A stretch of DNA of 64,000 nucleotides, taken from assembly GCF_009914755.1 (NCBI RefSeq), contig NC_060932.1. One strand, given 5' to 3'. The notes below the pieces were generated by a model. The model was not told the origin of the DNA. It saw only the letters and a list, made by a program, of their open reading frames with translations, and did not search any database. This document shows positions 1 to 18,403 of this stretch, piece by piece. The DNA is from the human T2T-CHM13v2.0 reference genome, Homo sapiens. The position numbers and the translations under genes were made by a program. Each line of letters begins with the position of its first letter. The stretch's first letter is position 1.

Positions 1-950
1 AAATGCTACAGAATGAAAGAGCTTGATTGGGTTGATGCAGGACCCACAGCTCACTATTAAACAATTGCTGGTGAATGTGTGTGATCCAAATACACAGGAG
101 GTGATTCCTGAGGGAACAACCAGCCTAGTGTTTATCCTGAGAAGGAGATTGCCCAACTCTCCCTATAAAATGCCAAGTGGAACACCCCAGATGAAGCAGT
201 TGATATGCTTCATATGCAAGCCATGTGGGACTGGCTTTATGATGACCCAAATATTCTCCAACAAAAATTTCTATTGCCCACATCATGGTAAATTTTGGGG
301 TTTAGGGGGCCCTTTTTACATGGGCACCCTGGGTGACATTACTCCGGCAGAATCATACGACTATTTGAGCAGCCTTATCAAGTTTGCTGTCTCTTGTGGG
401 TTTTACAGATGCTTAATAAAATATCAGGCATAATTAACAAAAAAAAAGATGGGTAAGGAGAAAGGGATTAAAAGAGCTCACCCCAGAACAGTGATATAAT
501 TTTTTGGATGGTTATTAAGAAAAGAAAGAAATAAAATGAAAATTGAGGGAGTTAAAACAAAGGCCTTTAAAACACTATTTGCCCCTAGATTGGAAAATAT
601 AAGAAAAATCCAAAGACAATGGTTATAATGAGAATGCTACGTTGCCTGGGGCAATACTGAGGCAAATTAAGATAAAGATTGACAAAAGGGACTGAGTCCT
701 TTGGCCCAACCCCCTGCTGGGGGCCCATATCCTTTTGATATAGGGTCTTGCTCCCTGACGAATGCAAGGAGGAGAATACTTATGAGCAGGGGGCCTCTTT
801 TTCCCCTAGGACTGATTCTAACTTTATAGAAGCTGCTAGATTCTGCAGTGCCTGATAGACAGCTCCCATCTAACCAGAGCTGTTTCACTTGTGAAGTTCG
901 AAGGTGAACAAAGGACATCTTGTTTGGAAGGCTGCTGCTGTGGTTAAAGA
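1..950 (+). mobile_element. Degraded ERV internal remnant, probably class III (ERV-L/HERV-S-like) gag end plus RNase H fragment
   Basis: 895-942 translates SSKVNKGHLVWKAAAV, resembling the (DG)SS...W.AAA start of ERV-L-type RNase H. Around 685-730 translates as LSPLAQPPAGGPYP, resembling a gag/pro junction. ORF 23-433 is not intact gag. Confidence 0.45.
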
Positions 951-2720
<1,770 letters not shown>

Positions 2721-3339
2721 TGTAAACCAAAAATAAAATTCTAAAGCCCCCCTCCAACCATCTGAATGAACTCCCTCCTCTCAGCCAGGGCACTCCAAAG
2801 ATAACCTGAAAAACTGGTTCAGGCAATGACAGGAAGGGGGGATCAGACATGCCTCAGTATGCCCTCTTCCCTTTTGGAATTCAGGAAATGCCAACCAACA
2901 TTTAACAGCAACATAGACCTTAAGTCTGATAAAAAACATTTACAATCTATTCTCTTTGAAGCCTGCTACCTGGAGGCTTCATCTGTGTGATAAAAACTTT
3001 GGTTTCCACAACCTGTTGTCATAACCCAGACATTCCCTTCTATTGATAATAATTCTTTCAACCAATTGCCAATCAGAAAAAATTAAAATCTACCTATGAC
3101 CTGGAAGCCCCTCAACCTCTTTGGGTTGTTTTGCCCTTCTAGATCAAATCAGTGTACATCTTACATGTATTGATAGATGTATTATATCTCCCTACAATGT
3201 ATAAAAGCAAGCTGTATCCTGATTACCTAGGGCACATGTCATCAGGATCTCCTGAGGCTGTGTCATGGGTGCATCTTTAACCTTGGCAAAATAAACTTTC
3301 GAAATTGAGACTCGTCTCAGGGATACTTTTGGGTTCACA
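2721..3339 (+). mobile_element. MER4-family 3' LTR (ERV1)
   Basis: Starts TGTAAACCAAAAATAAAATTCTAA, has AATAAA near 3290, ends GGGTTCACA, and is preceded by a PPT. Confidence 0.8.
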
Positions 3340-4048
3340 CCTCCAAGCTGTCCTTGTTTATTCCTGGGTGTAAGCCAAGTTAACTTTGGGAGGAATTTAA
3401 GTTATAGTTTAACTTTGAAGTAAGGATGATAATAGTCCTTCCCCAAAACAAATCACCTCCCTGGTTCAGGGGCTGAAGCCACCTTTGTAAAATTAATGAA
3501 AGTCCACAAGATTAGAATTATGGGAGGTGCCTGAATTCTGCTAAAAGATAGATGTAGTTTCTGTAATCCCTTACTACTCAGGAGTAGTGGGGTCAGAGGT
3601 CACAAGATAGGTGTAGTTCTGTAATCCTGTACTGCTAAGGAGTTACATGGCCAGAGATCACAAGGTTTGTGTCTTTCCCAATTGATCCTATAGGTAATAT
3701 CACTATTATAGAAACTAAGATGGGTTTTTTGAGATATTTTTCACACTGACCCCACCCAGATTCATGACTCATTACTCAACTGGTCCTGTGTCCCCACCCA
3801 GAGGTAGACTCAGCTCATGAGAATTATTTTTTACACATCTATACTTTCATCTTCAACCAATCAGCAGCACCCATTCCTTAGCCCCCAGCCCACCAAATTG
3901 TCCATAAAAAATCTAGCATCTGTGCCTTTGGGGAGACTGATTTGAGTGGTAACTCCAGTTCTCCTTCATATTAAACTTTCCTTACTGCAGTGCCATGGTC
4001 TCAGTGAATTGCAGTAGGCAAGAAGAACCCATCAGGCAATTGATTACA
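3340..4048 (+). mobile_element. LTR8-family LTR lacking its first ~75 bp
   Basis: CCTCCAAGCTGTCCTTGTTTATTCCTGGG...AACTTTGGGAGGAA matches recalled LTR8. Ends ...GAACCCATCAGGCAATTGATTACA. Confidence 0.7.
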
Positions 4049-4359
4049 CATTAAGCTCTCTGAGTAGCTCTGTGGAGTACCCCTTCACTTAGTTTTGAGG
4101 TAGAGCAGGTTTTTACCCAACCCTGTTTCATTCCTTATGGGGAGGGGTTTGGAAACAGGACTCACAGCATAGCTTTCTCTCAAAATATCCTCTGCAAATC
4201 CTCTCTCTTAGATTTTCTCTTGGATTAAAAGATTCTTTGATCTTCTTATATGCTTGATGTTAGGACAGGGTTCAGAACTGTGGAATGGGTTATCAGACAT
4301 GTCCTGTTTCCTGGTCTTGTTCTGATGTACAACACATTTCTACTCTAGGGTGGATCTTG

Positions 4360-5070
4360 ATTTGCTAGGTCAGCCATGTGAAGTATTCCCAGGGTATGGT
4401 TATTGGTCTGGTTTGTCACATGACTAGGTTGGCTCAATCAGAAGGGATGGATTCAAATTCCTTGGTTGTCTCACTAGATGTAAACGAGGAATGTTGCCCA
4501 CATTTCTGTGGACAATCATCTGATGACCATAAAAGGGAATTAGCCTCTGGATGAAGATGATACTGTGAACAGAAGAATGGTGAGTCTAAAAAAATAAGAG
4601 CCTGGCGTGGTGGGTCATGCCTGTAAACCCAGCACTTTGGGAGGCTGAGGTGGGAGAATTGCTTGAGCCCAAGAATTCAAGACCAGCCTGAGCAACACTG
4701 TGAGACCCTGTCTGTACAAAAAATAAAATAAAAATTAGCCAAGCATCGCAGCACCTGCCTGTAGTCCCAGCTACTCAGGAGGCTGAGGTGAGATGATAGC
4801 TTGAGCCCAGAAGTTTGAAGCTTCAGTGAAGCTAAGATTGTGCCACTGCACTCCAGCTGGGGCAACAGAGTGAGACTCTGTTTCAAAAATAAAATTTAAA
4901 ATAATTTTTAAAAATTAAAAAAATAATAACTCAAATTGCAGATACTGTGGAGTCATTCAATCACCCAAGTCTGGGTCTTGCCATACTTCTGGACTTTCTG
5001 GTTATTGCTTTAGTGAGTTGGAGTCAGAATTTTATTACTTGCACCTGAGAGCATTCTAGTTGATTCACAG
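4360..5070 (+). mobile_element. Old MaLR LTR (MLT1J/K-like), split by an Alu
   Basis: GTCACATGACTAGG...CAATCAG and CTTCTGGACTTT...TTACTTGCA...ATTCTAGTTGATTCA motifs. Confidence 0.4.
4600..4925 (+). mobile_element. AluJ
   Basis: Dimeric Alu with the GAGCCCAAGAATTCAAGACC AluJ-type motif and an AT-rich tail. Confidence 0.93.
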
Positions 5071-5794
5071 CTAAATTGTCTGCTTCATCTCATAAGTTAG
5101 GCTAATTTCAGATTCTAGCCCTCCTACCATTCCCTTCTGAGTTTTCCCATTGCTTTCAGCCCTTCTCTTGCTAATAGTTGCAGGGTTAACTTATCCGTTA
5201 GGTAGAGTAAGCACAGTGCCTAGGGTCCTCAAAAATGTTTTGTTTTAAAAAAAATTTTTAATTTTTAATTCTTATGGGTACATAGTAGGTATATATATTT
5301 ATGGTTTACATGAGAAAATTTTTTTAAATCAAAATAGACTTCCAAGAATACATAAGGTATTTTGATATAGATATGCAATGTGTAAAATCACATCAGGGTA
5401 AATGGGGTATCCATCACCTCAATCATTTATCCTTTTTGTTACAAACAATTGAATTATACTCTTTTTGTCATTTTAAGATATACAATTACATTAATTTTGA
5501 TTATAGTCACTCTGCTGTGCTACCAAATATTAGGTATTACTCATCTTTTAAACTATTTTTTTTGTACCCATTAACCAACCCCACTCCTCTGTGCCACCCC
5601 CCGTTCCCAGCCTCTGGTAACCATCCTTCTACTCTCTATCTCCATGAGTTCAGTTGTTTTAATTTTAGCTCTTATAAATAAGTGAATACATGTGAAGTTT
5701 GTCTTTCTGTGCCTGGATTATTTCAATTAGCATAATGACCTCCGGTTCCATTCATGTTGTTGCAAATAATAGGATCTTATTCTTGCTCTTGTTT

Positions 5795-5943
5795 TTTAAT
5801 TTTTAATTTAATTTTATTTTTACACAGAGATGGGGTCTTACTATATTGACCAGGCTGGTCTTGAACTCTTGGCCTCAAGGGAGGCCTACCGTCTCGGCTT
5901 CCCAAAGTGCTGGGATTATAGGCATGAGCCAGTGCACCCAGAC
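5795..5943 (-). mobile_element. Free left Alu monomer (FLAM/AluJ left arm)
   Basis: Single antisense left arm with a T-rich tail, inside L1. Confidence 0.8.
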
Positions 5944-6628
5944 TCTCATTCTTTTTTGTGGCTAAATAGTATTCTATTGTGTAAATGTACCATATTTTCT
6001 TTATCCATTCATCTGTTGATGGACATTTTTGTCGCTTTCAAATCTTGGCTATTGTGAATAGTGCTGCAATAAACATGGGCATGCAGATATCTTTCTGATA
6101 TACTGATTTCCTTTCTTCTGGGTAATCCAGTGGGATTGCTGGATTGTACAGTAGCTCTATTTTTAGTTTTTGGAGGAACTTCAAAATTGTTCTCCATAGT
6201 GGTTATACTAATTTACATTCATGCCAACTAATTTACATTCACACCAACAGTGTATGAAGGTTCCCTTTTCTCTACATCCTTGCCAGCATTTGTTATTGCC
6301 TGACATTTAGATAAAAGCCATTTAACTGGGGTGAGATATCTCATTGTAGTTTTGATTTGCATTTCTCTGATGATCAATGAAGTTGAACACCTTTTCATAT
6401 GGCCTGTTTAACATCTGTATGTCTTCTTTTGAGAAATGTTTATTAAAGTCTTTTGTTCATTTAAAAATTAAATTATTAGATTTTTTTCCTGTAGAGTTAT
6501 TTGAGCTCCTTATATATTCTGGTTAGATGGGTAGTTTGCAAATATTTTCTTTCATTCTGTGGGTTGTCTCTTCATTTTGTTGATTGTTTCCTTTGCTGTG
6601 CAGATCTTTTTAACTTGATGTGATCCTA

Positions 6629-7595
6629 TGTAGGGTTCAGCCCTAGGGGGGTTAATGGGTGTTCTCCCCGTGTGCGGACATGAGAGATTGTAATAAATAA
6701 AGACACAAAACAAAGAGATAAAGAGAAAACAGCTGGGCCCGGGGGACCACTACCATCAAGACGTGGAGACTGGTAGTGGCTCTGAATGGCTGGGCGTGCT
6801 GATATTTATTGCATACAAGACAAGCGGGGCAGGGTAAGGAGGGTGGATCTTCTAAGTGATTGATAAGGTGAAGCAAGTCATGTGATCATAGGACAGGGGG
6901 CCCTTCCCTTTTAGGTAGCCGAAGCAGAGATAGAAGGCAGCATACGTCAGCGTTTTCTTCTATGCACTTATAAGAAAGATCAAAAACTTTTAAGACTTTC
7001 ACTATTTCTTCTACCGCTATCTACTGTGAACTTCAAAGAGGAACCAGGAGTACGGGAGGAACATGAAAGTGGACAAGGAGCATGACTATTGAAGCACAGC
7101 ACCACAGGATGGGGTTTAGGCCTCTGGATGACTGCGGGCAGGCCTGGATAATATCCAGCCTCCCACAAGAAGCTGGTGGAGCAGAGTGTTCCCTGACTCC
7201 TCCAAGGAAAGGAGACTCCCTTTTGCAGTCTGCTAAGTAATGGGTGTCTTCCCAGGCACTGGCATTACCGCTTGACCAAGGAGCCCTCAAGCGGCCCTTA
7301 TGCGGGCGTGACAGAAGGCTCAGCTCTTGCCTTCTAGGTCACTTCTCACAATGTCCCTTCAGTACCCGACCCTATACCCGCCAGTTATTCCTAGGTTATA
7401 TTAGTAATGCAACGAAGAGTAATATTAAAAGCTAATGATTAATAATGATTATACTAATGATTGATAATGTCCATGATCATCTCTATATCTAATTTGTATT
7501 ATAACTATTCTTAATCTAACTATTTTCTTTATTATACTGAAACAGTTTGTGCCTTCAGGCTCTTGCCTTGGCACCTAGGTAATCTTTCACCCACA
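6629..7595 (-). mobile_element. Solo LTR13A (HERV-K superfamily), 967 bp
   Basis: The reverse complement starts TGTGGGTGAAAGATTACCTAGGTGCC and ends ...CCCTACA. Perfect 6-bp TSD ATCCTA at 6623-6628 and 7596-7601. Confidence 0.88.
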
Positions 7596-7870
7596 ATCCT
7601 ATTTGTCCATTTTTGGTTTGGTTGCTTGTGCTTGTGGGGTATTACTCAAGAAATCTTTGCCTAGACCAGTGTCCTAGAGAGTTTCTTCAATGTTTTCTTG
7701 TAGTAGTTTCATAGTTTGAGGTCTTAGATTTGTCTTTAATCTATTTTGATTTGATTTGTATACATAATGAGAGATAGAGGTCTAGCTTCATTTTTCTGCT
7801 TATGGATATCCAGTTTTCCCAGCACCATTTATTAAAGAGACTGTTCTATCCCCATGTATGCTTTTGGTAG

Positions 7871-8203
<333 letters not shown>

Positions 8204-8274
8204 TTCTTGCAACTTTTCTATAAATTTGAAACTATTATGAATCTGAAATTATTTAAATATTTACTTAAAATTAG

Positions 8275-9389
8275 TGTTGCGGGAAGTCAGGGACCCCAAA
8301 CGGAGGGATCAGCTGGAGCCGCGGCAGAGGAACATAAATTGTGAAGATTTCATTTTAATATGGACATATATCAGTTCCCAAATAATACTTTTATAATTTC
8401 TTATGCCTGTCTTTATTTCAATCTCTGAACATAAATTGTGAAGATTTCATTTTAATATGGACATTTCTCAGTTCCCCAAATTAATACTTTTATAATTTCT
8501 TATGCCTGTCTTTAATCTCTTAATCCTGTTATCATCATAAGCTGAGAATGTACATCACCTCAGGACAACTATTGTGTTAACTGTACAAATTGATTGTAAA
8601 ACATGTGTGTTTGAACAATATGAAATCAGTGCACCTTGAAAAAGAACAGAATAACCGCAATTTTCAGAGAACAAGGGAAGACAACCATAAGGTCTGACTG
8701 CCTGTGGGGTTGGGCAGAATAGAGCCATATTTTTCTTCTTGGAGAGAGCCTATAAGTGGACGTGCAAGTAGGGAAGATATCACTAAATTATTTTCCTAGC
8801 AAGGAATATTAATAATTAAGACCATGGGAAAGGAATGCATTCCTTGGGGGAAGTCTATAAACGGCCGCTCTGGGAGTGTCTGTCTTATGCGGTTGAGATG
8901 AGGACTGAAATACACACTGATCTCCTGCAGTATCCTCAGGCTTATTAGGGTGGGGAAACCCCCCCCACCACTAGTAAATTTGAGGTCAGACCGGTTCTCT
9001 GCTCTTGAACCCTGTTTTCTGTTGTTTAAGATGTTTATCAAGACAATACATACACAGCTGAACATAGACCCTTATCAGTAGTTCTGTTTTGCCTTTTGTC
9101 CTGTTTCCTCAGAAGCATGTGATCTTTGTTCTTTTTGCCCTTTGAAGCATGTGATCTTGTGACCTACTCCCTGTTCTTGCACCCCCTCCCCTTTTGAAAT
9201 CCTTAATAAAACTTGCTGGTTTTGCAGCTCAGGTGGGCATCATGGTCCTCCTGATATGTGATGTCACCCCTGTAGGCCCAGCTGTAAAATTCCTCTCTTT
9301 ATTCTCTTTCTCTTTATTTCTCAGCCAGCTGACACTTACGGAAAATAGAAAGAACCTACACTGAAATATTGGGGGCAGGTTCCACCATA
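8275..9389 (+). mobile_element. Solo MER11 LTR (HERV-K11/HML-8; MER11A-like), 1115 bp
   Basis: Starts TGTTGCGGGAAGTCAGGGACCCC, contains the repeated AACATAAATTGTGAAGATTTCAT block and AATAAA near 9205. Perfect TSD AATTAG at 8269-8274 and 9390-9395. Confidence 0.92.
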
Positions 9390-9490
9390 AATTAGCTAAA
9401 AATAAACATTTTTAAGTTAATTAAAAATAACAAAGGCATGCATGCATTACTGTGTACCTTTCTAGTCAAACTAACAGAATTTGAGACTGG

Positions 9491-9781
9491 GGCTGGGCAC
9501 AGAGGCTCACGCCTGTAATCCCAGCACTTTGGGTGGCTGACGCAGGTGGATCTCCTGAGGTCAGGAGTTCAAGACTGGCCTGGCCAACATGGTGAAACCC
9601 CATCTCTCTAAAAATACAAAAAATTAGTCAGACATGGTGGCAGGTGCCTGTAGTCTCAGCTACTTGGGAGGCTGAGGCAGGAGAATTGCTTGAACCCAGG
9701 AGGTGGAGGTTGCAGTGAGCAACCGAGATCGTTCACTCCAGCCTGGGTGACAAAAGCGAAACTCCATCTCAAAAAAAAAAA
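9491..9781 (+). mobile_element. AluS
   Basis: Dimeric Alu with A-tail and degenerate TSD AATTTGAGACTGG / AATTTGGGATTGG. Confidence 0.95.
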
Positions 9782-9999
9782 TTTGGGATTGGACTCACTC
9801 AAAATTCTGCTTTTTTACACAAGAGCATAACTCTTCCAACACGAGCATAGCACTGAGGTAAGAGGTTATGTTAGGAATGAATGAGTGCTGGAATCTTGTA
9901 GAGGCAGTTTCTTAATTTCAGACAAACCAAACAAAACCTGTTTGTACAGAGGTCTAGGTTCTAGTCTTTAGTAGTCCTTAAAAGTTTGTTAAGATTTAG

Positions 10000-10326
<327 letters not shown>

Positions 10327-11089
10327 GGTTTGTTACCTTTTGAAGAAGAAAAGGCCCACAGGAGGGTTGATACAGCAACCACATCCCTGTCATTCACCAA
10401 CGCTTAATGTCTGGCACATAGAGGTGCCAGTAAATATTGAATGATTAGGATCAGTAACTCAAAATAAGTCTACAGGGCAATACAGGAACAGGGGTAGGGA
10501 GGTGTGGGCCAGTGAGATATGCTAGCTGAAGTGATTCTCAGTGAATGAAGAGGTTGTCAATTGGGACTAATTCTGAAGTCCTGTGTGTCACAGATGTGTG
10601 AAGATTGTGTTCTTGCTGTCAGAATTCTGTAGGGCTTTATTCAGGGCTTTTGAGAGGTAAGATGCGAGCTTAGACCCAAAAGCAATGAACTGGAATACTC
10701 AGCCAGGGACTGCAGTTGGGATAGACCATGCAGCAGTGGTGGGGGCACTGCCATTGCCAGTGGTCTTTTTGCAGGTTGAGGTTGACTGGAATTTGCTCAT
10801 ATTAGTTGCCAAGGAGGTTGACACATGTGTATTTGTCATTTTTTAATTGGCCTTATCTGCTTCAGTTGGCATATCTACTTATTGTTGGATACGTGGATTA
10901 CATACACTGGTTGAAAATATAAACAATACTATGAAGATCTTAATATAAATTAACTTAAAAAATTAATGATATAAATTAACTCTTTCATCATTTAATTGAG
11001 ATGATAAAAGTTGATGAATGCCTAATTAATTAAAGGAGGATACTTAGGCCTCTAAAATTAAAAATGAAAGTTTTAGCATTCTAATATTG

Positions 11090-11321
11090 TTTTATTTTTA
11101 TCTTTGAGACATGGTCTGGCTGTTACCCAGGCTGAAATGAGATGGTGCCACCATGGCTCACTGCAGCCTCGACCTCACAGGCTCAAGCGATCTTCCCGTC
11201 TTAGCCCTCCAAGTAGTTGGGAGGTTGCCCAGGCTGATCTCAAATTCATGGGCTAAAGGGAACCTCCTGCCTCAGCCTTAAAGTGTTGGGATTACAAGCA
11301 TAAGCCACCAAGCCAGACCAG
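11090..11321 (-). mobile_element. AluJ with internal deletion across the linker
   Basis: The right arm joins the left arm at GTAGTTGGGAG|GTTGCCCAGGC. Confidence 0.85.
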
Positions 11322-11436
11322 CGTTGTAAAGTTTAAAGCAATGGCCAGTGCCAGAGCAAACATGAGAAAGGTAAACAACACTTAGTAAGCAAGGTGGAAA
11401 CATGTATGTTATTTTTTTTTTTGTACATAAAAAAAA

Positions 11437-11741
11437 TTTTCTTTTTCTTTTTTTTTTTAGGGTCTCACTGTTGCCCAGTCTGGAGTGCAGTGGCACAATT
11501 ATATCTCACTGTAACCTCCAACTCCTAGGCTCAAGCGATTCTTCTGCCTCAGCCTCCTCAGTAGCTGAGTGAGACTACAGGCATGCACCACCATGCACAG
11601 CTAATTAAAAAAAAATTTATTTTGTAGAAATGGGGTCTTAATAAGTTTCCCAGGCTGGTCTCAAATTCCTGAGCTCAGGCAATCCTTCTGCCTTGGCCTC
11701 TTAAAGCTGGGATTATAGCTGTGAGCCACTGTACCCATCCC
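11437..11741 (-). mobile_element. AluJ
   Basis: Antisense dimeric Alu. Confidence 0.92.
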
Positions 11742-12778
11742 AATGTATGTAATATGTTCTTACAGCTTAGCCAGAGGGGCTGTAAAATGTGAGTCAAAAA
11801 TTAGACAAAATCAAGATGTTGGCAGGGTAAAAAAAAAAATTGGAGCTGATCAGAGCATGGGAAGAGGGCAAAGCAAATGGAGACGGTGGTGAGGGACCTT
11901 TGGAAGCTGAGGGGCTCACAGACTCACATTACCTTTTCATTCTTTTCTCCTTCAAAAATTCAAAGATGAACAATTTTTTTTCTCTGAGCAAATTATCCCA
12001 TTTAAACATTCATGAATTAACCACATTAACCTACTTTCAATGCAAAGAAGAAAAATGGTTTCTGTCTCATACATTTCAGCTGTCTTGTCAGTGGGTTGTC
12101 AAGTTGAAGGATTTCTTTTACATTCCCATGAATCCCTTATTCTCTATGAAAGAAACTTTACTTCGAAATGGAAAGTAGGTTTGGGTTCATCTCTGATTTT
12201 TGACTCACATTATACAACCTCTGTGGTTAAGCTGTGAGAATGTATAAAATTCCTGTCAGCCATTGCTGGGGCTTCAGAGCATGACTGGGTAGTGCCCAGG
12301 TGGGCAGAGCACTGTCTGATAATCTTTGCTCCCTAATAACTGAAATCCAGAATAGATAATATTCTCCATTCATTCAAAATGTCTGTCCTGTGCTTCATGC
12401 AGAGGATACAAACAGAAGAACACTTGGTCCCTGTCTTCAGGGCATTCACAGGCTTGTCAGTCTGGGCATTAGAGAGGATAAAAAATGAACCAAGCAATAA
12501 TCAATGGGAAAAAGCTGTTTCATGCCTTAACATGACATAAATATAAAAACCATACAGGGAACAACAGATGAAAATAAAAACACGAAGGCTACAATAAATG
12601 CCAGTGACAAAAACAAAGGCACTGTTCAGTTCTACTTAACAGCAGACAGATTTAGGAATCAAACCCTGACACATTTTAAGGTTCTAGGTCTACTGTTTAA
12701 AAAATCCAAAATATGTTATCCAAGTCTGAATACATTAATGAGACACTGTAAAAGCTTTTAGCTGTAAGGTATTATTAC

Positions 12779-13577
<799 letters not shown>

Positions 13578-14155
13578 TCAAGTGTTCACAAAGACCTTTG
13601 CAACAACTTCGCAGTCAACATTTGACAACTCTTGGAACTGGTAATTTAATGGTTACTGAATGTGGATAGCAAAACCTTAACAGCACACTCACCAAAAATC
13701 TTGCTATTTATTAGGAACACATTTTTCAAGTTAGTAAGGCAGTGTAAGTTTAAGAAGAAAATTCTGCATACCAAAAGGTACTCTTCTGTGTTTTTTCAAA
13801 ACAGAATATAAATATGCCCACCCCCCACGCAAAAAAACCCCGGACAGGATATATGAATATTTTCTGATATTAACAATAAGCAGAAAGCCATCCTGAACTT
13901 GTTTTTTGGTGGCATATGATCAATAACAAAGACTGAGAAGGCTATACTAAGAAACAAAGGCTATGCTTAAATAATGCACCCTCTGCTAATTGTGAAGGGT
14001 AAACTATGAATTTATCCTCATAATCCTTCACCTTCTCTTCCAGCAATCCCCCTTCTTTTTCCTACATGAATGTTTTTCTAAATTAGAACTTATCTTTTAT
14101 GGCTTTTTGGGGGAGGTGAACATTTTTCCTGACCCATCCATTCTCATTCTCATTC

Positions 14156-14439
<284 letters not shown>

Positions 14440-14869
14440 CTGACCCACTCATTCTACATGGATTTTCTACATAAAAAGATTTGGTCCTGAATTTGTGAAA
14501 GAGCCCGTTTTCTGCACTAGAGGGACTATTTCTTCCTTAATATGCTTTCTGGCACAGTAGCACAGACTCCAACATCATCTGACTTCCTTGCACAGCCAAG
14601 AAGGTGTGGTGGAGTCTGTTTCTCTCACTGTGCTTCTGTCCCCACAACTTATGGGTAGACGTGGAGGCAGAGGGTTCAGGAGCATTTCTTCACCAGAATC
14701 AGGGTACAGGAGGAAGAATATCTTAGCAGATCAAGTTGGCTGTCTACTTTGAAAGTTGTGTAAAGCATCATGCCCAGTAATATAATCCTTGTGCACAAGA
14801 TACAAGAGAAAAACTATTCTGCTACCCCAGTGCAATGCCAGGGGACTGGTAAATAAGTTATGGCAATGC

Positions 14870-14995
14870 TGGTAGAACACTCTCTGACCTGGCTTTGCGT
14901 CCTGGCTCAGCCACTAATTGTGTGCCTAGAGCCAGAGTTTTCACATCTCTAAAATACAGTTAATAATAATACTTACCACCTCAGGTGGTTGTGAA
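14870..14995 (+). mobile_element. MIR fragment
   Basis: TCCTGGCTCAGCCACTAATTGTGTG...CATCTCTAAAAT...ATAATAATACTTACC core. Confidence 0.55.
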
Positions 14996-15126
14996 TTTCT
15001 TTCTAGACTGCTGTAGTATTATCCAAACCACAATGCTAACCCTAATCCCAACTAGAGCAAAGTATCTGAAACACAAATCTGATAATATCATTACCCTGCT
15101 TAAAATATTTTAACCATTTCCCACTG

Positions 15127-15380
15127 TTTTATTTTATTTTATTTTATTTTATTTTTTAATGAGACAGGGTCTCATTCTGTCTCCCCAGGCTGGAGTGCAG
15201 TGGCATAATCACAGCTTACAGCTCACTGCAGCTTTGACTTCCTTGGCTCAAAAAATCCTCCCACCTCAGCCTCCTGAGTGTGTGGGACCACAGGTACACA
15301 CCGCCACACAGCTAACTTTTCTTTTGGGTGAGGGTCTGCCTATGTTGCTCAGGCTGGTCTTGAACTCCTTGGGCTCAAGT
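15127..15380 (-). mobile_element. AluJ, truncated, inside an L2 fragment
   Basis: (TTTTA)n tail then antisense Alu. Confidence 0.85.
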
Positions 15381-15515
15381 CCCCCTGGTTTTAGAATGAA
15401 GACTCACATCTCTGATATGGCCTTCAAGTCCTCAAAGCCTGGCATCAGCTCCCACCATTATTTTAATACATTCTTACTCTAGGCTCTAAGCCACAGTGGT
15501 CTTCGTTTAGTTCTA

Positions 15516-16300
<785 letters not shown>

Positions 16301-16329
16301 AGTGGTCCCTGGAGCAGAACGCCCAGCTT

Positions 16330-16500
16330 AGATTAATTAGTGTGATTATTGATTAATAGCTATCTACCCCACTAGACTGTATCTCCACAAGAGCAGGAAC
16401 CGTATGTGTTTTTGCCCACCATTGTATCCTTACCATCTATCCTGTGCCTGGTACACAGTAGGATCTTAATAAATATTTGTTGAATACACGAGTGAATGGA
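16330..16500 (+). mobile_element. L2 3' end
   Basis: CACTAGACTGTA...GTGCCTGGTACACAGTAGG...AATAAATATTTGTTGAAT. Confidence 0.75.
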
Positions 16501-17107
16501 TCAGGTCCCTCCCTCTTGCTATCCCTGTCATGCTTGACACTCCAGCCAGACCATACCACTCGTGATTGCCTAGCAATGTATTCATTATCAATTAAAAAGA
16601 AATCACTGCTAATCCGATAAACAAACATAGTCATCTCATTGTTGCTTACATTTCTTTGGTGAGTTTTCAGGTGATACACATTTTCACGTCTTTATTTATA
16701 CTTCTCATTTTGAGATTTGACATAATAGCATGTCAATTTTGATAACATCACCTGAGGTACATGAAGAGGTTGATGCGGCTGATTTCAGTCAAAAAATAAG
16801 GGCGAAAGGAAATAAGTGCAAAAAGAAAAAAGCAAACAAACAAAAAAGGCCAAGTTAGGCAGCACACCCAGGGACTTGCTTGCTGAGGAGTGAAATAGAT
16901 ACTTGAATTAGGGCATTCACGCAATTCTACATGAGTGCTGTTTCTCAAACCTCAGCCTTCCATGAGAGTTGGGAAGCAAAGAGTTAAATGTTATAATCTC
17001 TGTTTAGAATCTAGCAGGATGGTATTTTAAGTTGCTAATTAATGGAATATCCATGAGTTGTAGCTGTCAATAGAGATTAATATTGTATTGATCAATTAAT
17101 AAGTTTA

Positions 17108-17647
<540 letters not shown>

Positions 17648-17993
17648 AGACTTGGTGTGAATGCTGGCCACCTCACCCATAACACATACCCACCCGCCCA
17701 CTCCACCATCCGTCACCAGGTACAGATGTTTTGCTTATCATTATCATATTGCAATAATAAGAATATAAAATAATATATTTAATATGGACACTCTTAATGA
17801 AGCCATATGAAAAATGGAAATAGTATGTGAAAGTGGTGAGCTTTCAATTTTATTATTGTTATTTTAACATTTCTTAACGTTGTTTTCATATTGTTGCTAA
17901 TTAAATGAAATTATAGCACTATTACCATCACCAAAACATAATTACCACCACCAATCCTGTTAGCAATGCTCTTTTAAACGTTATCTAAGACTC

Positions 17994-18403
<410 letters not shown>

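Noticed and set aside
23-433. 136-aa ORF as a gene
   Set aside because: It starts at TTG and lies in degraded ERV internal sequence, with no coherent domain along its length.
6208-6247. 20-bp tandem duplication in L1 (and similar ones at about 21220 and 34075)
   Set aside because: These are ordinary slippage duplications inside decaying repeats.
8331-8515. ~97-bp direct repeat and other short repeats in MER11
   Set aside because: Such internal repeats are characteristic of MER11 subfamily consensus sequences.
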